From Desulfobulbus propionicus DSM 2032 (lineage in GTDB: Bacteria; Desulfobacterota; Desulfobulbia; Desulfobulbales; Desulfobulbaceae): a DNA stretch of 32,000 bases. Both the position numbers and the translations under genes were made by a program. Position 1 is the first letter of the stretch; each line of letters starts with the position of its first letter. Below are positions 7,671 through 14,586 of this stretch, piece by piece. The notes under the pieces were generated by a model. It was not told the DNA's origin, ran no database searches, and was given only the letters and a program-made list of their open reading frames with translations. The stretch is taken from contig NC_014972.1 of NCBI RefSeq assembly GCF_000186885.1, forward strand, positions 1,830,001-1,862,000. The letters run 5' to 3'.

Positions 7671-9089
7671 ATGGCCACGACCCGACCCGAAACCGATTCC
7701 CTCGGCACGCGCGAGGTCCCTGCCGCACCCCTGTGGGGAATTCATACCCTCAGGGCCCTGGAGAATTTCCCGCTCACCGGCCGACCGATCCACCCCCTGT
7801 TGGTCCGGTCCCTCGGCCTGGTCAAGCTGGCCGCGGCCCAGACCAATCACCGGCTGGGCGCCTGGAGCGACGATGACGACAAAGCCTCTGCCATCCTGGC
7901 CGCCTGCACCGAGATGGCCGAGGGCGGCTTAGGATCGGCCATCGTGGTCGATGCCCTCCAGGGAGGGGCCGGCACCAGCGCCAACATGAATGTCAACGAG
8001 GTGCTGGCCAACCGGGCCCTGGAACTGCTGGGCTGTGGTCGGGGTGAGTACACCCGCGTCAATCCCCTCGATGACCTCAACCTCCACCAGTCGACCAACG
8101 ATGTCTTTCCCACCGCCCTGAAAATCGCGGCCTTGCTCTCGCTCGACCGGCTGGAACAGCGGGTGGTGGCCCTGCAGGAGGCGCTACAGGAGCAGGAGCA
8201 GCGGTGGGCCCATGTGGTCAAGGTGGGCCGCACCGAAATGCAGGACGCGGTGCTGATCACCGTGGGTCGCGGCTTCGGCGCCTATGCCGAGGCCATCAAT
8301 CGCGACCGCTGGCGCATCTCCAAATGCCGGGAGCGGCTGCGGGTGGTCAACCTCGGCGGTACCGCCGTGGGCACCGGTCTGGCCGCGCCGCGCCGCTATA
8401 TCTTCGAGGTTACCGAGGCCCTGCGCCAGCTCACCGGGCTCAGTCTGGCCCGGGCCGAGAACCTGGTCGAGGCCACCCAGAATGTGGATGTCTTTGTCGA
8501 GGTCTCGGGTATCCTCAAGGCCCATGCCGCCAGCCTGTTGAAAATCTGCACCGATCTGCGTCTGCTCAGTTCCGGCCCGGACGCCGGTCTGGCCGAGATC
8601 CGCTTGCCTGCGCGTCAGGCCGGTTCCTCGATCATGCCGGGCAAGGTCAACCCGGTGATCCCCGAGGCGGTCAGTCAGGCGGCCATGCTGGTGATCGGCA
8701 ACGACACGACCCTGACCCTGGCCTGCGCCTCGGGCAGCCTGGAACTCAATCCCTTTTTGCCGCTGGTGGCCCTGACCCTGCTCGACAACCTCGACCTGCT
8801 CGCCCAGGCTGACGACATCCTCTGTCGCCACTGCATAGTCGGCATCAAGGTCGACGAGGCGCGCTGCGCCCGTCAGGTGGAAAACTCCACCGCCTCGGCC
8901 ACGGCCCTGCTGCCGGCCATCGGCCATGAACGGGCCGCGGAGATCGCGCGCAAGGCGGCGCACACCGGCACCAGTGTCCGTGAGCTGGCCCGCGAGGCCG
9001 GGATCAGCGACGTCCAGTTCGATCAACTCACCAGCGCCACCGCGGTCTGCCGCTTAGGCTTTGTCCCTCCCTCCACCGAAAAACGATAA
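7671..9089 (+). CDS. Aspartate ammonia-lyase / class II fumarase superfamily protein (aspartase-like), embedded in the hydrogenase maturation operon
   Basis: The start is Met22 of track ORF 7608..9089 (MATTRPETDSLGTREVPAAPLWGIHTLRALENF), which parallels the E. coli AspA N-terminus as I recall it. Conserved segments are GGAGTSANMNVNEVLAN, HQSTNDVFPTA, and the fumarate-lyase signature/SS loop GSSIMPGKVNPV. Confidence 0.88.
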   Translation: MATTRPETDSLGTREVPAAPLWGIHTLRALENFPLTGRPIHPLLVRSLGLVKLAAAQTNHRLGAWSDDDDKASAILAACTEMAEGGLGSAIVVDALQGGAGTSANMNVNEVLANRALELLGCGRGEYTRVNPLDDLNLHQSTNDVFPTALKIAALLSLDRLEQRVVALQEALQEQEQRWAHVVKVGRTEMQDAVLITVGRGFGAYAEAINRDRWRISKCRERLRVVNLGGTAVGTGLAAPRRYIFEVTEALRQLTGLSLARAENLVEATQNVDVFVEVSGILKAHAASLLKICTDLRLLSSGPDAGLAEIRLPARQAGSSIMPGKVNPVIPEAVSQAAMLVIGNDTTLTLACASGSLELNPFLPLVALTLLDNLDLLAQADDILCRHCIVGIKVDEARCARQVENSTASATALLPAIGHERAAEIARKAAHTGTSVRELAREAGISDVQFDQLTSATAVCRLGFVPPSTEKR

Positions 9090-9093
9090 CATC

Positions 9094-10344
9094 ATGTCGC
9101 AATCCGCACCCAAGGGCCTCCGCCTCCATATCGGCCTCTTTGGCCGCCGCAATGTCGGCAAGTCGAGTCTGCTCAACGCCATTACCCGCCAGCAGGTGGC
9201 CATCGTCTCCAACGTGGCCGGTACCACCACTGATCCGGTGGAAAAGCCGATGGAGCTGCTGCCGCTCGGGCCGGTGCTGTTCATCGATACCGCCGGCGTG
9301 GACGATGTCGGCGCGCTGGGCGAGATGCGCATCGCCCGCACCCGCGCGGTGTTCGACCGCACCGACCTGGGCATCCTCGTCGCGGCCGGCGGCGAGTGGG
9401 GCTCATTTGAAACCGAGTTGCTCGCCGCCCTGACCGCGCGCCAGGTCCCGGTGCTGGTGGTGATGAACAAGCTCGATCAGGGCCGCGCCAGCGACACCCT
9501 GACGGCCGAGCTGGCTGCCAAAAAGATCCCGCTGGTGCATACCGCCGCCCTCAACGGCGAGGGCATCGCCGAATTGAAACAGGCCATTGTCGCCCAGACC
9601 CCGGCCGATTTCCTCACCAGTCCGGCCATCATCTCCGATCTGGTCGGCCCCGGGGAGTTGGCGGTACTGGTGGTACCGATCGACAAGGAAGCGCCCAAGG
9701 GACGGCTGATCCTGCCCCAGGTACAGACCATCCGTGACCTGCTCGACGGCGATGCCATGAGCCTGGTGGTCAAGGAACGCGAACTGCGTCATGCCCTGGA
9801 CCAGCTCACATCGCCCCCCAAGTTGGTGGTGACCGACTCGCAGGCCTTTCTCAAGGTGGCCGCCGACGTGCCGCCCGAGGTCAAGCTGACCAGCTTCTCC
9901 ATCCTTTTTTCCCGCTGCAAGGGCGATCTGCTCACCCAGGTGGAAGGGGCCCTGGCCATTGACCGGTTGCAGCCCGGCGACCGGGTGCTGATGGCCGAGG
10001 CCTGCGCCCATCATCCCATCGGCGAGGATATCGGCCGGGTCAAGATTCCCCGTTGGCTGACCCAGTATGTCGGCGGCCAACTCGCGTTCACCCATGTCCA
10101 GGGCCATGATTTCCCGCCCGATCTGCACGAATACCAGTTGGTGATCCAGTGCGGCTCCTGCATGCTCAACCGTCGCGAGGTGCTCAGCCGCATCCTTCGC
10201 TGCCGCGAGGCCGGCGTGCCGATCACCAACTACGGTTTGGCGATTTCCTACAGCCTGGGCATCTTCACCCGAGCCCTGAGCCCCTTTCCCGCGGCCCTGG
10301 AACTCCTGCACAGTGCGGATCAGGGACGGTGCGAAGGGCGATGA
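9094..10344 (+). CDS. hydF: [FeFe]-hydrogenase maturation GTPase HydF
   Basis: The start is Met12 of the track ORF. GTPase motifs are GRRNVGKSS (G1), DTAG (G3) and NKLD (G4). The C-terminal cluster-binding region is CAH-x45-QCGSC. Confidence 0.88.
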   Translation: MSQSAPKGLRLHIGLFGRRNVGKSSLLNAITRQQVAIVSNVAGTTTDPVEKPMELLPLGPVLFIDTAGVDDVGALGEMRIARTRAVFDRTDLGILVAAGGEWGSFETELLAALTARQVPVLVVMNKLDQGRASDTLTAELAAKKIPLVHTAALNGEGIAELKQAIVAQTPADFLTSPAIISDLVGPGELAVLVVPIDKEAPKGRLILPQVQTIRDLLDGDAMSLVVKERELRHALDQLTSPPKLVVTDSQAFLKVAADVPPEVKLTSFSILFSRCKGDLLTQVEGALAIDRLQPGDRVLMAEACAHHPIGEDIGRVKIPRWLTQYVGGQLAFTHVQGHDFPPDLHEYQLVIQCGSCMLNRREVLSRILRCREAGVPITNYGLAISYSLGIFTRALSPFPAALELLHSADQGRCEGR

Positions 10345-11660
10345 CCATGGATCGCAAAGAAATTCTTCATTGGTTGCGCTGCGACGACCCGAAGGAACTG
10401 GAGCAGCTGTGGCGCCTGGCCGACCGGGCCCGGCAACAGCACGTGGGCGAGGCCGTGCACCTGCGCGGCCTGGTCGAGATCTCCAACTACTGCGCCCGTT
10501 CCTGCCACTATTGCGGGTTGCGCGCCCCCAACCGTCAGGTCAGCCGCTACCGCTTGAGCGCCGAGGAGATCCTCGACTGCGCCGATCAGGCGGTCCGGCT
10601 CGGGTATGGCACCCTGGTGCTGCAGTCGGGCGAGGACGACCGCATCGAGGCCGAGTGGCTGGCCAGCCTGCTGCGGCACATCAAGGCCACCACGCCGCTG
10701 GCCCTGACGCTGAGCCTGGGCGAGCGGAGCGAGGACGACCTGCGCATCTGGCGGGAGGCCGGGGCTGATCGCTACCTGCTGCGCTTTGAAACCTCGGACC
10801 GCGCCCTCTACCGGGCCATCCACCCGGACCGGGGCGCCCGGGTGTCGGATCGGCTGGCCCTCCTCCGCCAGTTGAAGAGCCTGGGCTATGAGACCGGCAG
10901 CGGCGTCATGGTGGGGATTCCAGGGCAGAGTTATGCAATCCTGGCCGACGATATCCTCTTGTTTCGCGAGCTCGATCTCGACATGATCGGCATCGGCCCC
11001 TTTATCGCCCATCCGGATACACCCCTGGGGCAGGCCGCCTCGCCCCTGCCCGGTGAGACGCAGGTGCCGCCCTCCATCGGCATGACCTGCAAGGCCGTGG
11101 CCCTGGCCCGGATCCTGCGGCCGGACGCCAACATTCCGGCCACCACCGCGGTGGCGGTCATGGATGCCTGGCAGGGGAGGGAACTGGCCCTGCGCTGCGG
11201 GGCCAACGTGATCATGCCCAACCTGACGCCGGCCCGGTTTCGCGAACACTACACCATCTATCCGGGCAAGGCGGACCGGATCGAGGCGGCCGAGCAGAGC
11301 GATCAACAGATTCGCAGCCAGATCAAGGCCATGGGCCGTGGCATCGGTTCGGGTCAGGGCGGACGGAAAAGTGGAACCCAAACGGAACCGGCCGCGCCCG
11401 CCACCCTGCGCATCGCCGTGTGCATGGGCAGCTCCTGTTTCTCCCGGGGCAACAACAGCCAGGCGATCGACACCCTGCGCCACTGTGTCGAGGATGCCGG
11501 GTTGGTGCCGGACATCTCCGGCCATCTGTGCGAAAACCTCTGCACCCAGGGGCCGAACATCACCATCGGCGAGACGATCTACTCCAACGTGCAGCCGTCC
11601 TGTTTCCCCGAACTGCTCAAACACCACCTCGCCAGCACCAAGGAGGGACGCGATGGATAG
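10341..11660 (+). CDS. hydE: [FeFe]-hydrogenase maturase HydE (radical SAM) fused to a C-terminal thioredoxin-like [2Fe-2S] ferredoxin domain
   Basis: The start is Met65 of track ORF 10149..11660 (MTMDRKEILHWL), with an ATGA overlap onto the hydF stop. The radical-SAM motif is ISNYCARSCHYCGLR. After a Gly/Pro-rich linker (GIGSGQGGRKSGTQTEPAAPA), an extra ~85 aa carries CMGSSC...CENLC (Cx4C...Cx3C). Confidence 0.88.
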   Translation: MTMDRKEILHWLRCDDPKELEQLWRLADRARQQHVGEAVHLRGLVEISNYCARSCHYCGLRAPNRQVSRYRLSAEEILDCADQAVRLGYGTLVLQSGEDDRIEAEWLASLLRHIKATTPLALTLSLGERSEDDLRIWREAGADRYLLRFETSDRALYRAIHPDRGARVSDRLALLRQLKSLGYETGSGVMVGIPGQSYAILADDILLFRELDLDMIGIGPFIAHPDTPLGQAASPLPGETQVPPSIGMTCKAVALARILRPDANIPATTAVAVMDAWQGRELALRCGANVIMPNLTPARFREHYTIYPGKADRIEAAEQSDQQIRSQIKAMGRGIGSGQGGRKSGTQTEPAAPATLRIAVCMGSSCFSRGNNSQAIDTLRHCVEDAGLVPDISGHLCENLCTQGPNITIGETIYSNVQPSCFPELLKHHLASTKEGRDG

Positions 11661-13392
11661 ACGCTCGCCCATCTATACCGAGAAACACGAGTGCCAGGAC
11701 TGCTATAAGTGCGTTCGCCAATGCCCGGTCAAGGCCATCCGGGTGCAGGATGCCTATGCCACCATTGTCGACGAGATGTGCGTGTACTGCGGCATTTGTG
11801 TCTCCATCTGCCCCAACACCGCCAAGCATGTGCGCAACGATTTGCCCCGGGCCCGCCAACTGGTCAAGCTGCCGCCCCGGGTGCTGGTCTCGCTCGCCCC
11901 CTCGTGGATCACCGAATTCCCCAACATCGAGGCCGGTCAGCTGATCGCCGCCCTCAAACGGCTCGGCTTTGCCGCTGTCTCCGAGACCGCACTCGGCGCC
12001 CAGCAGGTCAGCGCCCATGTGGCCGAGACGCTGCGCGAACAGCCGGGCCAGATCCTGCTCAGCTCGGCCTGCCCGACCGTGGTGGCCTATATTCAGAAGC
12101 ACCGGCCGCAGCTGGCCGGGGCCGTCACCGCGCTCCTCTCGCCCCTGCTGGCCCACTGCCGCATGCTCAAGCGCCACTATGGCGAAGAGAGCGCCATTGT
12201 TTTCATCGGCCCCTGCATCGCCAAGAAACTTGAGGCCGACGAACACCCGGACCTGCTCGATATCGCCCTGACCTTCGAGGATTTGCGCATCTGGATGGCG
12301 GCGGAGCGGATCGATCCCCGCGCCCTGACCCCGGCGACCGACGACCGGTTCGAGCCCCAGGCCGCCGAGGAGGGTGTGCTCTATCCGGTGGATGGCGGCA
12401 TGATCGCCGGCATCCGCGCCCACTGCAGCGTTGATGACGGTGCGTTCATGAGTTTTTCCGGCTTGGCGGCGGTGGAGAACGCCCTCGACGGGCTGGAGGA
12501 TCTGGACCCGATGCAGGGGTTGTTTCTGGAGTTGTTGGCCTGCGAGGGCGGCTGCATCAACGGCCCCAAGGTCACCCGGCCGGGCAGCACCGTGACCAAG
12601 CGGCAGCGGGTGCTGGCCCATGCCCGCTTCCCGGAGACGCAACCCGTGCCCCGACCGCCGGAGCTCGATATCCGCCGGTCTATCATGCCCCGGCCGCTCA
12701 GCCAGCCCACGCCCACCGAGACCCGCATCTCGGAAGTCCTGCGATCCATCGGCAAGCGCTCGATCGAGGACGAACTCAACTGCGGCGGTTGCGGCTACGA
12801 CTCCTGCCGCGAATTCGGCAAGGCCCTGATCGCCCAGCGGGCCGAGCGGGCCATGTGCGTCTCCTGGATGCGGCAGCTGGCCTTCAAGAAGGCCAACGTG
12901 CTCATCCACAAGATGCCCTCGGCCGTGGTGATCGTCGATGGCGACCTGCGGGTGCTGGAATGCAACGCCGCCTTTGTGGCCATCATCAACCACCTGCGTC
13001 CGGTGTCGCTGCCGGCGGAACTGGAGGGAACGTCGGTGGCCGAGCTGCTGCCCTTCCATAACCTCTTTGCCAGCGTGCTCAAGAACGACATGGATATCCT
13101 CGACCGGGATATCCGTTTCCTCGATACCATCCTCCACCTGTCCATCTTCACCATCGACCCGCACGCAGTGGTCGGCGCCATCCTCCAGGACATCACCCGA
13201 CCGGCGGTACAGAAGGAGCAGGTGATCCGGCGGGCCCGCGAGGTCATCCAGAAAAACCTGGCCACGGTGCAGAAGATCGCCTACCTGCTGGGCGAAAACG
13301 CGGCCGAATCCGAGGTCACCCTCAACAGCATCATCGAGTCGTTTTCGCCGGCCAAGATCGAAGGCGACGAGGGAGGCAGCCTTGGCGACTGA
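11653..13392 (+). CDS. hydS: Sensory-type [FeFe]-hydrogenase homologue (HydS-like): 2x[4Fe-4S] ferredoxin, degenerate H-domain, Cx2Cx4Cx16C motif and PAS domain
   Basis: The start is Met106 of track ORF 11338..13392 (MDRRSPIYTEKHECQDCYKCVRQCP), with an 8-nt overlap onto hydE. The H-cluster motifs are altered: SSACPTV (vs TSCCPxW), GPCIAKKLEA (vs MPCxxKxxE) and ELLACEGGCINGPKV (vs ExMxCxxGCxxGGGQP). CGGCGYDSC-x16-C lies at 12781-12858. A PAS-like tail follows (VVIVDGDLRVLECNAAF...ILQDITR). Confidence 0.85.
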   Translation: MDRRSPIYTEKHECQDCYKCVRQCPVKAIRVQDAYATIVDEMCVYCGICVSICPNTAKHVRNDLPRARQLVKLPPRVLVSLAPSWITEFPNIEAGQLIAALKRLGFAAVSETALGAQQVSAHVAETLREQPGQILLSSACPTVVAYIQKHRPQLAGAVTALLSPLLAHCRMLKRHYGEESAIVFIGPCIAKKLEADEHPDLLDIALTFEDLRIWMAAERIDPRALTPATDDRFEPQAAEEGVLYPVDGGMIAGIRAHCSVDDGAFMSFSGLAAVENALDGLEDLDPMQGLFLELLACEGGCINGPKVTRPGSTVTKRQRVLAHARFPETQPVPRPPELDIRRSIMPRPLSQPTPTETRISEVLRSIGKRSIEDELNCGGCGYDSCREFGKALIAQRAERAMCVSWMRQLAFKKANVLIHKMPSAVVIVDGDLRVLECNAAFVAIINHLRPVSLPAELEGTSVAELLPFHNLFASVLKNDMDILDRDIRFLDTILHLSIFTIDPHAVVGAILQDITRPAVQKEQVIRRAREVIQKNLATVQKIAYLLGENAAESEVTLNSIIESFSPAKIEGDEGGSLGD

Positions 13393-14563
13393 GACGGCCT
13401 TCATCGACGTCGACCATGCCCTGCGCTGCAAGCATCGCCAGTCGATCTGCGGTGATGTCTTTCTCAGTCATCGGATCAAGGAAGAGGGGCGGATCCTGGC
13501 GGTGCTTTCCGACGGCCTCGGTTCCGGGGTCAAGGCCTCGGTGTTGGCCAACCTCACCGCCGCCATGGCGCTCAAGTTCGCCTCCACCTGCACCGATCCC
13601 CGGGCGTGGGCGCGGTCGATCATGGATACCCTGCCGATCTGCGAGGTGCGCAAGATCAGTTACTCCACCTTCACCCTGATCGATCTCGACGAGAGCGGCG
13701 CCCTGCGCTTCATCGAACACGGCAACCCGCCGCTGGTGCTGCTGCGCGGCACGAGCGAGGTGGAGCTGCACCGGTCGCTGATCACCCTTGATCGGTGGAA
13801 GGATCGCCTGATCTATCACGGCCGGCTGCAACTGGCCATCGGCGACCGATTGCTCTGTTTTTCCGACGGCGTCACCCAATCGGGCATGGGACAACGGACC
13901 ATGCCGCTCGGCTGGACCCGGGAGGAGGCGGTGGCCTGCGCCCAGGAGCTGATCCGTGCCGATGCGGATATCTCCTCGCGGCGGCTGACCGCGGCGCTGA
14001 TGGAGCGGGCCCTGACCAACGACAGCGGCTGCGCCCGCGACGACACCAGCTGCGCGGTGATCCATTTCCGGGTGCCACGGCAGCTGTTGATCATGACCGG
14101 GCCGCCCTTTGCGCCGCAACGCGATTTCGAACTGGCACGGGCCGCCTCGACCTTTCCCGGCAAAAAGATCATCTGCGGCGGCACCACCGCGACCATCATC
14201 GGCCGCATTCTCCGCCGGCCGATCAGCGTCGATCTCACCCAGGCCGATACCGGCATGCCGCCGCCGGCGCGGATGGAGGGCATTGACCTGATCACCGAGG
14301 GGGCCTTGACCCTGGCCCACGTGGCCCAACTGCTGGCCACGGGCGTCACCGTCGAACGGCTGCCGAACAATCCGGCCGGGGACATCGTCCGTCTCATGTT
14401 CGGCAGCGATCTCATTCACTTTATCGTCGGCACCCGGATCAACGAGGCCCATCAGGACCCCAACACCCCGCAGGAACTCGATCTGCGCCGCAACATCGTC
14501 CGCCGCATCGTCTCGCTTCTTGAGGAAAAGTACCTCAACACCACGTCGGTCCGCTTTCTCTGA
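13382..14563 (+). CDS. PP2C/SpoIIE-family serine phosphatase with an uncharacterised ~160-aa C-terminal domain
   Basis: A TTG start at 13382 has a GGGAGG SD 5 nt upstream and overlaps hydS by 11 nt. There is no in-frame ATG before the catalytic domain. PP2C metal-site pattern: CGDVF, LSDGLGSGVKAS, FSDGVTQSG, ARDDTSCAV. I could not assign the C-terminal part (GKKIICGGTTATIIGR...). Confidence 0.8.
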   Translation: MATETAFIDVDHALRCKHRQSICGDVFLSHRIKEEGRILAVLSDGLGSGVKASVLANLTAAMALKFASTCTDPRAWARSIMDTLPICEVRKISYSTFTLIDLDESGALRFIEHGNPPLVLLRGTSEVELHRSLITLDRWKDRLIYHGRLQLAIGDRLLCFSDGVTQSGMGQRTMPLGWTREEAVACAQELIRADADISSRRLTAALMERALTNDSGCARDDTSCAVIHFRVPRQLLIMTGPPFAPQRDFELARAASTFPGKKIICGGTTATIIGRILRRPISVDLTQADTGMPPPARMEGIDLITEGALTLAHVAQLLATGVTVERLPNNPAGDIVRLMFGSDLIHFIVGTRINEAHQDPNTPQELDLRRNIVRRIVSLLEEKYLNTTSVRFL

Positions 14564-14586
14564 CCCCTTTGGGGGAGGAGAGCGGC

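Noticed and set aside
6631-7728. 365-aa minus-strand ORF spanning the hydA 3' end, the intergenic gap and the aspA-like start
   Set aside because: It overlaps two well-supported + strand genes and has no SD or motifs. Its continuity through the gap is explained by GC bias.
11653-13392. Interpreting the hydS product as a second catalytic hydrogenase
   Set aside because: All three H-cluster motifs deviate from the catalytic consensus (the proton-relay Cys is replaced by Ala). The protein also ends in a PAS domain and is coupled to a phosphatase, so a sensory role fits better.
11617-13431. 604-aa ORF antisense to hydS
   Set aside because: It has the same shadow-ORF character (Gly/Arg/Asp/His-rich, no motifs). 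The sense strand carries ferredoxin, H-cluster and PAS signatures.
14564-14586. CCCC-TTT-GGGG mini-hairpin between the convergent phosphatase and peptidase genes, as a bidirectional terminator
   Set aside because: The stem is only 4-5 bp with no U/A runs, which is insufficient evidence.
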